Assembly: GCF_021028975.2 (NCBI RefSeq)
Contig: NC_059434.1
Location: forward strand, 28,334,001-28,398,000
Reading direction: 5' to 3'
From: Sphaerodactylus townsendi
Lineage: Eukaryota
DNA length: 64,000 nt
Part shown: positions 37,340 to 49,823 of the stretch, piece after piece
Numbering within the stretch: the stretch's first letter is position 1
Layout: the number at the start of each line of letters is the position of its first letter
Notes under the pieces: model-generated
What the model was told of the DNA's origin: nothing
The model's input: only the letters and a program-made list of their open reading frames with translations
The model's database searches: none
Program-made: the position numbers and the translations under genes

Positions 37340-37438
37340 GCATCCTCTGAAGAGGCCAGCCACAGATGCAGGCAAAACGTCAGGAGAAAATGCTACTGGA
37401 ACATGGTCATACAGCCCAGAAACCCCACAACACCCCAA
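37340..37438 (+). mobile_element. Penelope-like retroelement pseudo-LTR fragment
   Basis: gcatcctctgaagaggccagccacagatgcaggcaaaacgtcaggagaaaatgctactggaacatggtcatacagcccagaaaccccacaacacccca. Confidence 0.75.
37343..37385 (+). ncRNA. Hammerhead ribozyme motif with mutated GAAA box (probably inactive)
   Basis: UCCU-CUGAAGA-G-GCCAGC-CACAGAU-GCAGGC-AAAA-CG-UC/AGGA. Four-bp stem I and GUC triplet are present, but GAAA reads AAAA. Confidence 0.55.
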
Positions 37439-38594
37439 TGCCTGGGTTGTTTCCTTAAGTGCTGATTGATTGGACGAATGGGTATTAGTTGTTAAATTCA
37501 ATACAGTAGCGATCAAACCATTCTCTATGACCGTTTACAGCCTTAGATTTGGTCGAGGAGACGGCTTGAAGTTCCCCTGCTAAATTTGAAACTAGTTGTT
37601 CAAAGTGATGTATTCCACGTTCTGGTGTGTCAGCCTGTAATATATTCTCTTTTAATTTATTAAATGTAAAAGAGCTAAGTAGTGTTTCTGTAGCAGCTGC
37701 CACCTGAGGTGACCATGTTATTTTCTGATGCCTAAAGTTGGTGGGGTCCTCTGTATTAGTCTTCTACCCCTCCAAATGAAAGAAGAAGTTACATTGAGTG
37801 GTGGAAGATGAAGTCACTTAGCAATAAGTCCCCAGCGGCTAAAAGATGTGACACACTTGGTGTAGATAGGGGGGGATATTAAGATGCCAAATGTCGATCC
37901 TGCGCTATAGCACCCGGCGAGGTTTGAAGCCACAGGTAGGGACCTAAATGGGTACAGATATGGTGAGTAATGGTTGGAGCACTGATTAAATCGCCTTAAG
38001 CTGACATAATGTGGTTTAGCTGGTCCCATTGTTAAATTAGGCTAGGGGAAAATGTCAGCTGCCAACCCATTCCTTCCCAGGCTTGAAACAAAGGGATTCC
38101 CAAACTTTGAGGGGTGTCCATTTTAGGAGAGCAGTGCCCTGCTCCGATGCCAATTTTAGAGGCTGCCTTGCCTCTATGAAGCCCTTTAATGGGAGGAGTG
38201 GTCTCATTTCTAAATTTGATGGCAGATGAGTTTGAGATGCTTTTCTTACAGGCCTGGATTTACCTTGGTGCCAGTGGATGAAATCTTCTTTTGGTATTAT
38301 TTGTTGCAGAACTATGATTTGCAATGGTATGGGCCCCCAATCTGACTGCTCCTTGTTGGACCTTTGGTCAAATGTTAATCGGTGTCTTTTTAGGATCCAG
38401 TACCCCATGGAGGCAAGTCCAGGATCTATAAAAGGATGGTGTCATCCCTTAGCATTCCTAAGATAGATTGGATGGAGCATTATTGATTTGGACAAAGTGG
38501 CATTTGTGATGCAGATCAGCTGATAATAGCCAGGAGATGGTCCTTCTTGGTTTTATGGTTGTATCATCTAGAAGTTTTATTTGTGAACAAAATT

Positions 38595-38707
38595 CTTAGC
38601 ATAGCAACCCTGGACTTCCTTGGTTGTCTCCCATCATGTGCTAACCAGACCAAGATTTTAACTTCTAAGATACATCAAGATCAAGCTAACCTGGTCCATC
38701 CAGGTCC
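38595..38707 (-). mobile_element. Degenerate 5S-derived SINE head
   Basis: ccttggttgtctcccatc...ctaaccagacc...ttaacttctaagat is the reverse complement of 5S internal control region sequence. Confidence 0.55.
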
Positions 38708-40499
38708 AAATCTCTCTGGTAAAACAATAGAACTTTTGGGGTGGGGGTGGAAATAAAGAGCAATGAAGTTATGTCATTTTGGGACTTAATATGGAACTGA
38801 TAGGTCATTGGTATGATGTCTTTCCCATCCTCTCTCCCTTTCCTGATATTCTTAGATCTGACAGTCTTTTGTTTTGCATGTGTGGAAATGTAACACATTT
38901 TAATTCTGGCTATGTCAGCTAGATTTATAGTCAATCTAACTTCTTTCTTATTCATTAGCATAAAAGAAGCTGGTGTTATATTGTGTGGCTTAATGCAGAA
39001 TCATCTTAATTTATATTTAAAATATGTATTCTCATGTTTGGCTTTTTCCTATAGAAATTGTACTGTACCCCACTATTGTAGCCAATTTGCCTTGTCTAGT
39101 ACTCTTATGGCACACTTAACATAATATTTAATCCACCCTGCGGCTTGTCCCAGCCCACCCTAATATAGACCAGGTGACAATTAATATCTTCTGAATATTT
39201 TATCGACCATTATCCCCACTCTATTGGATCACTTATTAGCTTTATTCACTTGCAGGTAATTTGCATAATATTGCCCTTTAATATTTAATAGATGTTCCCT
39301 TTTAAACTCTCAATTTTTTGTGCATTCCATCTTGGCCTCTCGGAATTAGCATTTTAATTCACACACCCCTTTTATGGCCAGAAATGAATATCCTACCTTT
39401 ATACTGAACTGGTGTCGGACTGTGAAACACTTCTCACATGCAGTCTGCCTTACCTGTTAATAGCTCTGCTGCTGAAAGCTGCTTCCATAACACTCATCTA
39501 CATTAACAGCACTTACAAAGTGGAATAATGTCCTTTCATTCCTGCTGAGTTTTGCAAGGCTGTGTCCTCTGATGATATTAATATTTAAATGGTCCCAACC
39601 AAGTACGACAATTAACATTTTGCCAAGGTGAAGGGGTGACCATGGAGACAGCATAGTTCCCATTTTCATTGCCTCTAGTAATTCTGCCTTTAAGGAACTT
39701 TTCTACAAGGCTAAGAGAACAGGGCATTTCCACTTAGTTCTATAAAGAACACTGGTAAGGTGTGCTTCATCATGGCATCCCATAATGATGCATGCCAACT
39801 AAAGGAAACGGATCAACGAAACACAAACAGGCAGAATGGGCATGGTACTTGAAAGAAAAAAAATTGTTGGGGGACATTTTACAGCAAATTAAAAGAAGGT
39901 AATGGTACAGCTTTGAACTTACCTGAACCCCTCAAATCTGCACTTAATCAGTGTTTCAAATTAAATTAGTCAGTTCTTGTTGGGTCGCCATAAAATATTT
40001 TTTTTACATGGCACTCCTGTATCTTGTCTAGCTATGTGCTGAGATCTTGGTTGATTTTGAGGGAGAACTAGAGGTTGTATGTGTTGTGGCTTGGGAAAAC
40101 CAGAAATGTATAGATTGAGCATAGGATTTTCTCCCTCTGTCAAATGGATCTCAGTCGCAAGGCTTGAGAGTCTGTTCGCTTGATTTCCGTGAACATGATT
40201 CCTAGTACCTTTCATTTCAAAAAAAATTCTGCACCTATTTAATTTTGTCTTTTATTGATACAAACTTGATCATCAGGTGAACTTGTGAGTAAACTAAGAA
40301 CATCAAGATTGTGTCCCCTCACTAAATTACCTTGATCTTAATGTTATACAATACCCAAGTCAAGATTCAAGGTATTGGTACTAACCTTCAAAGTCCCATG
40401 GTCCGTGGCCTTCGTATCGGTGGGATTGCTTCTCCCAATAAGTTCCCCAAAGAGTCTTGCACTTGGCAAGAAACAACTTATGGTGATCCTTGGCTCAAA

Positions 40500-40943
40500 A
40501 ACTGTCTGGTAGTCCTCAACAAGGACCAGAACTTTTTGTCTCTGGCCCCAGCTTATTGGAACACTTTGTCAAGGGAGCCTGGGTCCTGCAGGACTTGGTG
40601 CAATTTCACAGGGTCTGTAAAACTGAGTTGTTCCACCAGGATTATGACTGAAGATAGCAATGATGTCCAACTGGCTGGCCTCCCTTTTCCTTTTCCCTTC
40701 CCTTTCAGTGAATGATATATATTTCTGATTTTATGGGGGATTACAGTTTAATTTTTTGTGGTGTTTTATTCCCCCTTGGTTGGTGTCAATAATGCTGGAA
40801 TGTGGATGAGAATGTTTCAGTACCAATCTTATTGTTTTATCTAATTGATTGTTGTAAGCCACGCTGGGGAAGGGCAAGTCTACAAGTTGAATGAATGAAT
40901 GAATGAATGAATGAATGAATGAATGAATGAATAAATAAATAAA
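40500..40943 (+). mobile_element. L2 LINE 3' end with (GAAT)n/(TAAA)n tail
   Basis: ctggccccagcttattggaacact...aatttcacagggtctgtaaaactgagttgttccaccagg is homologous to 24055-24270; (GAAT)n at ~40889-40931. Confidence 0.75.
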
Positions 40944-43900
40944 CTTGAATACCACCTCAAGCAACTTTGCATGTGTGTTGCAGCTTGCACTGGTCAATCT
41001 ACAAACTAAATATTCTCAATCATCAAAGAGAAGGCACACTTCCTCTAGGACCCTGGTAAGGTCCCTTTACATAGACTCATTCATAATTGAGAGGGAGCTG
41101 CAACCTTTGAAAGACACATTTTAGATATACTGCAGTTACTTTGCCCTAGAACAGGAAAGCCTTGCTTCTTTTCCTTCCATGGCAAGTACAGTCATCATGC
41201 CAGGACTAATGCAATTAGACAGACTTCAAGACACATCTCTTCATCTCTTTCACTCATTTAATATTTTTAAATATAAATGTGAAAGTGCCACAATTTCTAG
41301 TTGTGCAGTGAGTGAGATCTGGACAGCTTGGCAACCATTGACTGACACTGAATTATTCTAAGACATAGAGAGAAAACAAAGTGATAAGTCTTGACTTCAA
41401 TTCAAAATGACAAATGTAATCCCCCCCTTTTAAAAATGTGCCTTTTAATGTGGAGGCTGCAGTGGCAGTAGGTGGGTGGGGGGCAACATCTGCAAGCTAC
41501 ATATTCACAGGCATCTTATTTCTGCAGTAAGGTACATTTGAGCAGTTCAGATATGGCCAAACAGCAGGTCTAACATTCAGCTCTTGACCATTATCCCTGA
41601 GCAAGATGTAATTGAGCATCCCTGCTCTGTATTGGTTACATTTCCTGGCCTATTGATTCCATTTCTGAGACAAATCCCCTAACCTTCTTAACTTCTTAAT
41701 GCAGGGAAACTACTGACCCAACTCATCAGATTTTTCCTGTATTTTTCATCTCAGGGACTCAGCTGTTTCAGAAATGGTAGCTTATGGTGATACAGAAGCA
41801 CCTTTTCTCAACTCTGTAACTATCCACAGAAGGTGAAGAATGCCCATAATCTTAACTTCTTTTGGCAAAAATCTTAATAAGGCACACAAAATCATAATAC
41901 TAAGGCAGATTTTAAACTTAAACAGAATAAAAGGTTAATTAGCAGAGAGGAGAAGGGAATAGAAAATAAATAACTTACACAGAAGAAAAAGATAGGGCAG
42001 GAGAAAATGTATTTACGAAAGAGCTTTGGCAGACAAGTTCAGTTTGGTTTAATAAGTTTGTTCAGCTTCACTATTAGCTTAGATGTTCTGAGGATATTTC
42101 ACAGATGGTACAGTTTCTTATGCTTTTCAGATGATACTGGCTAATGGATAGCACACTTAGGATCCAATACAGACTGGAACATATATTACCCTCACAAACC
42201 TCATACTGATAGAAAACCCTAAAATAAAATACAAACCACTCTCGCTGAAGAAACAAAATTCTAAATACTAGACTACTGGTCCTAGGGATCATTCTTCCCT
42301 CTTTCTGGAAGATCTGTTCCTCTTTGGTTATATATATTTCAGCATTGACCCCTCAATAATCCTCCAGCAGTTCACTCAGCCTGAGTATTACTTTGCTTTC
42401 AACACACAGCTCACGGTGTGTCACACAGTAGAGCAAGCTAGATTCACACCACTGACTACAACTATTCTCCTCAGTGATGATATGTTTTAAAAGGCAGATA
42501 ACTCAAGGAGTTCCAAAATCCCCAAATCCCCATCTTTACAGGGAGACATCCTCCTCCTTCTGTGTATCATTAAGTTTTTTAGCCAATCAGATTTTAGGAT
42601 GCGACAACCAATCAGATGGCTTTTCCTGTTCCTAAGGTCTTTTATGCCTCATTCTGAATGTAAACAATAATGCCTCTGATAGTCCTGCACTTTTAAATTA
42701 ACTTTTCCTCTACAATCTGTCACAGCTTCTTTTGTCTTTCTTCACTTTGCCTCCTTCTTTCCTCACTTGCCACCCTCTTATCAGTTTGCCATCTTCAAGA
42801 GATAGTGATGTACTCAGCGATTTCCTCATAAGCTTTATCATTATTATCATCGTCATCATCGGATTTGTTGTTGCTTAGTCTTTTATGCTGCCCTTCCCAC
42901 CATGGGCTCAGGGGGCCTCCCAAAAAACTTAATAATATATAAATAATGATACATCAAATCAAACATACTTAATAATGTAATAATTAAAATAATTAAAGTT
43001 TATATGACCTAAGCAGCAATTAATTCCACAAATAAAACAAGGGCTGAAGAGGACTGAAGACCAACTGCTGATCAGCTGATTGACATGCAGGTATAGTATC
43101 CCTTCACAATCAGTTTCAGGGGTCCACAGCAATTTGTCCCACATTATGGCACCTCTTCTCCTTCATCATCCCCTAGGAAGACAGTGGTCACTTCTGTTAT
43201 GATTGTCTAAAACCTGCAGAAGGAGTTTCTAGTTCTGTAGCAGAGAATTTATATGAGTTTATGTTAGCTGGCTACAGATGTCCCTCTCCAATACCTCTGT
43301 TTTCTAAACTGTATTTATTGCAGGAATAAATGCTTTTTCCTCCTGTGACTGTTTATGGAAAATGCATGTTATGGTCCTCCAGAGATGTTTGCCAAGAAGC
43401 ATAATTTGGGATCAAAGGGGGATGATAAAAATTCTAGTAAATGGAATAGCGCCCTTGACTATGGGTTAATAGCTCTGGAGAGCTAAACCTTGTCAGTGAA
43501 AACTGCCAAAAGGATTAGGGAGGAGCCTCAAAGCTGGTTAGAACCAAAGAAAGGAGTGTGTAGAGATGCTCAAAATAGGAACAGTGTTTTCGTCAAGGGA
43601 AACATAACTAGCTTTTTCCTGAGGGATAAGTGGAACAAATCTCATTCCAGAATATCTGGAAAGCCTTTGAGAGAAGAAAAAAACCCCATTCAGCTGCCTC
43701 TGTTTTTGAACTATAAAGGAAACCAGTGACAAATTTTATTGCTATCAGCTAGTCTCTTGGCTGTGTTATCTACCTGTCATGATTATTTATTCTTTTATAC
43801 ATGTTTTAGTGCTTGAACCTCAAAGACCATGAGCTCAAGCAAGTTTCTTTGAAGCCAACAACAATAGCTTGTGTCAAGCTGTTGCATCAAGCCTCTTAAC

Positions 43901-44119
43901 ACTCTCTGGCATCTCCAAGTTCACCGTCAAAGGACATTCAGTTGTGATAATGTAAGCTGTATGGACTCTGAATTGCTTTTGTGTGCAGTTCTGCCAGTCT
44001 TGCAAAACAAGTTCCCCAGAGTCATTAGGGCACCTGCATTTTCAACATGCTTGCATGCCTTCAAAAACACAGTCCTTTGAAAAGGAAGACCGCCCCCTCC
44101 CCCCCAATATACTTTTCTG

Positions 44120-44330
44120 TCTATCACATTTTTATCCCACCATCCCTACAAGGAGCTCAGGACAGCTTTTATGGTCATTTCCTCACACACTATTTTTTCA
44201 CAGCAACCCTGGCAGGGATGCTAGGCTGAAAAGGGGTGACGGGCCCATGGTGAACTTCATGGAAGAGAGGAGAGTTGAGTCTGAATTTTTCTAGTCTGAC
44301 TTGGTAACACCACACGATACCACAGAAGCT
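44120..44330 (-). mobile_element. Old CORE-type SINE (MIR/Squam3-like)
   Basis: tttatcccacc...aaggagctcagg...cacagcaaccctg..agg...ctaggctgaaa...gtgacgggcccatggt antisense CORE pattern. Confidence 0.55.
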
Positions 44331-44505
44331 GTACTTTTAAAAAATCATTGTTATTTAAAGGGAAAAATACGCAAAAATATCTATCTAAAAATTATATGTC
44401 ATATATTTTCAAAATATTTTTGCTGTCTAGCCATAGCTGATTTATGGTTTATTTATTTATGGCCATAGGCTTATATACAAAATGGGCAGGTATAGTGGAA
44501 ACAAC

Positions 44506-45138
44506 CACAAGGGAAAAAAAGCAGAAAACACTATACCGAGGCTAAAAAATATTTGGGTGCAAAATTTAACAAATAATGTGTCATACAAAAAACCTCAACC
44601 AAACATCTCAGATTCTCAAAGTGTAACCAGTATTGCGTTGGCACAAGACTGCACAATCTTAAGTCGTTAAACCCAATAGTAGAAAATCCCACCATTATTG
44701 AGAACAATCCAAAACAGCAATCCAAAACAGTTACAGGTATTCTGGCAAATATTTTTTGAGCTGATCTGAAGCTGTGTAGCTTACATTCTAGGAAGAAAGC
44801 ATTTTTGCATAATTTACTTGCAAGGAGGAGTGTGTTTTCAGTAAACAACAGTTCTTTTGCTAAAGAAGATTGAGTTTATCTCCTACCGAAACAGGAATAT
44901 TAACTGGTATACCTGAACTATTTTGGATTGTTTTTCCACTTTCCTGGTAGGATTTTCTACTGTTGGGTTTAATGACTTGTTGAGATTGTGCAGTCTTGCC
45001 CATATGCAGCAGTGGTTATACTTTAATTGAGAGTTTAAGATGTTTGGATGAAATTTTTTTGTATGATATGTTTTTGATTAAATTTTGCACCTATATATTT
45101 ATAGCCTAGGTACAAGTTTTTTTGTTTTTGTTCTTGTG
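44506..45138. repeat. Long diverged inverted repeat (two ~245-bp arms, ~140-bp spacer)
   Basis: Left arm ggtgcaaaatttaa...caagactgcacaatct...ttaaacccaatagtagaaaatcc...acaatccaaaa is mirrored by ttttggattgt...ggattttctactgttgggtttaa...agattgtgcagtcttg...ttaaattttgcacc. Confidence 0.85.
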
Positions 45139-45250
45139 ACCTCATAGGGTTTTCGAGACAAGATATGTTTAGAGGTGGTTTGTCATTGTCTGTCTTAATG
45201 CCAAGTCCCTGGTATTCCGTGGAGGTCTCCCAACCAAATACTTGCTGGGA
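45139..45250 (-). mobile_element. 5S-derived SINE fragment
   Basis: catagggttttcgagacaaga...ggtggtttgtcattg...ggtattcc.tggaggtctcccaaccaaatact. Confidence 0.6.
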
Positions 45251-45347
45251 TCAAAGCAGAGTGCGATTGGCCCAAAGTTACCCAGAAAGTTTCCATGGCA
45301 GGGTGGGGATTCAAACCTGGGTTTCCCAGATCCTAGTCTGACACCTC

Positions 45348-45967
45348 GGCCGAATCCCCACAGGGAAAATATCTGGGGATTCTCACCTTAAAATCCCAGT
45401 TTGTGTGAGGACTCCCCACTGCTCCCAGCCCTAAATCGAGTCTGTTCCGGCTGTACCCCGCAATATCCCCCTCCTCCTGGAATTTTCAAAAATTGCCAGA
45501 AAGGTGGATCTTTTTGACAATCCGAGGCTGAGCTCGGTATCATGGGGCGCGAGCCTGGTATCCTGGTTTATTTTCCCCACCCTGACTGGTCCTTCAAGCT
45601 GCCACTCGAAAAACCACAGCCAATCAGAGTGCAGTGGACTGGGCATGCTCAGAACATGTGACTCTGGGCAAGCTGGGACACCATAACAGTGTGTGTATAT
45701 ATATATTTTTAAGTTCCTCAAACAGAGGGGAGGGGACGCTTGTTCACATTCCTGCCCCATAACAACAGCCAATAGGGAACCAGAACAAACAAGCTGCAGA
45801 GCAGCTTGGGGGCTTGTGGAAAGAGAAGTGCAGGTTTTGATCCCAGCATTAACTCGACCCCTCCGCGAATGCGGGCTGCGGTGGGGAGGGATAGACCGGG
45901 ATAAAAAGGTACAGGATTTTATAAAACCGAGCAAAACCAAGTATATTTTCAATGTGGGGAAACAGCT
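45348..45967. mobile_element. PIF/Harbinger-type MITE nested in the tRNA head of a minus-strand SINE (45265-45994)
   Basis: Ends ggccgaatccccaca / tgtggggaaacagct. The flanks rejoin as ggattcaaacctgggtttcccagatcctagtctgacacc | ttaattactactccacactggctctc (antisense B and A boxes). Confidence 0.65.
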
Positions 45968-46292
45968 TTTAATTACTACTCCACACTGGCTCTCTATGTC
46001 CCTCACCTGTTAAGCACAAGGGAATAAATATATACTGAATTCATTTCCTCATTTTCAGCATCCTTTTTTTCAAACATTAATATTCCTAATGTTATATTCT
46101 GTTGGGGTTTCACTTTATTCAAAAGCTTCTTTTCCTCCCACAGTTGTTATAAATATTGTTTTCAGTGGTTTCATTTTTCTACTGCTTGCTTGCATTTTAT
46201 CTACGTTTTACAGTTTTTATATGTAATTTATATCATGTTTATACAAACATTGCAAGGGTTCTTGGATATACAATATCTATTTAATACATCAG

Positions 46293-46487
46293 AAAGGGAC
46301 TGTGGCTTAATGGCAGATCGTCACCTTTGTCTGCAAAGGATCCCAAGTTCAATCCCTGTCATCTTAAAAGGATCAGATAGTAACTGATATGAAAAGTTTA
46401 TTGTGATTCTGAAAAGTTGCTGCCAGTCAGAATACACAATACTGACTTTGAAAGACCAATGCTCTGAGTATAAGAATCTTTGCATGT
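46293..46487 (+). mobile_element. Old tRNA-derived SINE (Squam2-like)
   Basis: A-box-like tgtggcttaatggcaga, B-box-like agttcaatccc, body aaaaggatcag...gctgccagtcagaatacacaatactgactttga. Related pieces occur at ~22237-22290 and 22929-23050. Confidence 0.6.
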
Positions 46488-46543
46488 AATCCTGGTTTAT
46501 CAACATACAAACAAAGCGTACATTTTCTGAGATAAATGTGGTG

Positions 46544-46735
46544 TAAGGTTGCCAAGGCAGTGGCTGGAGATCTCCTGAGATTACAGGTGGACAGAGATCA
46601 GTTCTCTTGGAGAAAATGGCTGCTTTGGAAGGTGGACTCCATGATATTATACCTCATCAAAGTTCCTTCCCTTTTCAAGTTCGGCCTACTTCAGGCACCA
46701 GCCCCCAAATCTCCAGGTTGGAGTGGGCAACCCTA
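46544..46735 (+). mobile_element. TAGGGTTGCCA-terminus repeat copy
   Basis: taaggttgcca...ggagatctcc...agagatcagttc...ggagaaaatggctgctttggaaggtggactcc...gggcaacccta. Confidence 0.75.
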
Positions 46736-48853
46736 GGTGTGAGAGAAAAGAAGATGGCGTCAAAAAAGAAAAAGAAATCACAGTTCAATTTGCATGAGGG
46801 ACTGGAATGGGAGCTTGGGGAGGGGAAGTTCAAAATCATCCGTATTTGCCATTTAACTGGAGACATCTGATTCTCTGCAGCTGGCTACCAGTATTAAGTT
46901 ACAAGCTTCTGTCCTGCACATTGTAATTCAGCGCTCTGTAATAAGAATGAAATTATTATTGTGTAATGTGATTGTAACGCCATTTTACTATTTTTTAAAA
47001 TTGAAATTAGTTTTGTATATGGGATGGGGGGTCGGTTTTACAGGGGATTTGTGGATACATTTGTATAAAGGGTTTACCTCATGACTGCTGTATTCATCAG
47101 TATCTTTTAACTTGATAATAGCTATTGCACCAATGAAGAAGGCTATGGCATCATGTTTGACACACTGGCCAACCAGCTGTTCTGAACAATACAGAGGGCA
47201 AAGAGGGCAGGGTTTTCCTGTTTGACAACCAAAAATGTTATGCTGGCGATCTTGAGATCTCATAGAGAAAAGCCATGTAGGGGCTGTGGAAAAGAGGAGA
47301 ATAAAGAGAGGTTCATTAGAAAATCTAATATTGTCCAATTTAGCAATCTGATTTTCTATTTTTATGTGTATGTAAAAGTGAGAGAGAGTGAGAGTGGGAG
47401 AGAGAGGTCTTAAAATGTAAATGTTTAGGGGCCTTTGTGATGATTCTAGATTTTTTAAGAAATATAACCTGTTTGTACCTTCCACTTCAACAGCTTTCTT
47501 GGTGACACAGACTTGCAACATATGTTTTCAAATCAGTGAGAGAAATCCATAACATTTTATTGCAATTGTAGTCATGCCTCCCTAGGACTGACAGTCTGTT
47601 CTCCACACTCCTGGCCCTAAACTTTATAGCTATTCCTTTGGGAGATAGGAAAGGGCAAGTTACCACAATCAAAGGGATGCTTCAGAAATACTCCTGATTA
47701 GATTTTCTCCCTCAGATTCTGTAGTTCTGTATTATCTGGCCTTGTTTCTGAGGTGGAACCAATGCATTCAGAACCATTTATTGTTTCATTTTTGTTACTT
47801 TCCAGCTTTTTAACGGAGTGTTGCTTATGCCTGATTTACCACATTGAGGAGCAGTTCAGTGATACTTTGTCATCTTGTGCAAGGAACAGTCATCTTCCTC
47901 TGTGCAACTTCCAACTGGTCTGAACCAACAGATGGGACTTTGCTGGCACTGTTGAAAGTCCAGGAGCCAATAATGTTATCGTCCAAACACCAGTGACCTC
48001 AAGCAGTTGTTTGGTTGGTTTGGCCAGAAAAAAAACCTCATGCTACTGGACAGTACCTTCCTTTATTGTGTTCCTTTCTGCCTCTTCTACAATAATAATG
48101 TGTGTGTTGATAAAACTGCAAACAAAGAGCATTTGTGTAGTGTTTTATTGAAGCACAGGTGCACAGAGGCACATCAGTAAAACACTACACAAAAGAAACT
48201 TGAATCAATAATACATGTGATTATCGCAGATAGTAGTTCATTAATATTTAAGTGCTTTATTACTTTATTAACATGTATGTGCACTCAGTAACAAGGGTAG
48301 CAGGGAAAAAATACAAACAAAAACCCCCTAAAAGGTGTATTGAACAGTCTACAATAAAATTCTGGAAATTCTTCTGATTAAACTGAAATTTAGTAATGCT
48401 AACTAAGTTCCAGAACAGTAAACCCATGGAATGTGGGAGTTCTGCTCTTCCATTCCACAATCACTGCCCTCCACCACTTTCATTTTATTATATACTCCTG
48501 TGTAGATCCTCTGGCATCTCATTTCCTCAGCAGTGCAAATGAAAGGTGAGTCATACTGCCAGGATTCAGCATATGAACCATATCAGAATATTGTTTTGCT
48601 CTGTAGAGGTTTCAGGCAGTGCAAGAGAGACATAAATTTTGGTTCCTGTCAGCCACTGACTCATGACCAAAACTGCTTTACTATACAGCACAAACAACAT
48701 TGTTTGAAGAATTTGTAATATTCCTGAGGCAAGAGGGTACTTTCCTTATGTTGTATTAGAAAGGAAAGCTATTTGATTCTGAACATAAAGTTGCTTGAGT
48801 TTTGCATCTATCAAGCAAAAAGGCATATTTTTTAACTGTTAAGAGAAAGCCAT

Positions 48854-49209
48854 TGTGACCAGGATGGCTGCATCCCCCACCACAGGGTTCCATTAAAGGT
48901 TTTGGGGGCAGAACCACTCAGATGCATGCCCAGCTCAGGGGCTGTTTGCTGGCTCGCACCTTCATGTAGCAAGGGAACCATACAGTGGCTGGCACCTACG
49001 CTATGGGCTTGCTACTCTATGGGTCCTTCCCAGCAGACAAATTTGTGGGATGGGTTAATATCATATTGGAAGTACATCCCCATGCTATGCTAATGCTCTT
49101 TCAGCTGTATTCAAATAAAAGCTGTAGTTAAGTTTTTCATCCCATTCTGTTATTATGAGGTATTTCTTCCTCCCTGCCCTTGCTTTCTCTCTGGCCCCTG
49201 GGGACCACA
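48854..49209 (+). mobile_element. Candidate solo LTR
   Basis: tgtgacc...ggaccaca ends and AATAAA at ~49114; no TSD found. Confidence 0.3.
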
Positions 49210-49294
49210 AACTGCTGTCATCTGGATGGCCCAAGATAGTCTAATCTTATCATATCTTGGAACCTAAGCATGACTGGCTATGATTAGTACTTTT

Positions 49295-49823
49295 TGTCAC
49301 AAATGCTGTCCAAGGTTCCCTGGAGCACCCCAAAATTGGCAGTCTCACCCCTGGATTTGCTAAAAGGATCAGGGACCTCCAGGAACAAAGAAGCTGGAAG
49401 GAACTGCAGATAAATGGCAGGCCTCTACAGTTCCAGGTAACAGGAGGGAGGCAGGCAGCACAGCACAGTCCTAGCCAAGCTGCAATCAGAAGTTCTCTGC
49501 AGCCTTAGAGTGTGAGGTGGGGCCAACACAGCCTCAGCCAGGCTGGAACCAAGGAGGATGGCCAAGAAAACTGAATAGCCAGTTCCAGGGTGGCATGGCT
49601 CAACAGACAGCTTACCAGCCACTAGAAGGCTGGACCAGGGAGCTCCCAGGAGGGAGGAAACCTCCTGAGAGGGATAAAAGGGAGGCAGAGTAAGAGGGAA
49701 GAGGTTGGTATGTGAGTTTAGGATTGCAGGAGCGCTGTTAACTGCCTGTTGGAAATAAAGAGCCTATGAGCAGAAACCAGAGTGACATCTTGTTTGTTTT
49801 GGAAGGGTAGCCAAGTCCTGACA
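49295..49823 (+). mobile_element. Candidate solo LTR (Gypsy/ERV-like, 529 bp)
   Basis: TGTCA...TGACA inverted ends, TATA-like gataaaagg (~49673) and AATAAA (~49754); preceded by a 5S-SINE head fragment. Confidence 0.55.

Noticed and set aside
45431-46006. 191-aa minus-strand ORF
   Set aside because: It lies within a MITE and SINE head and has no recognisable domain.
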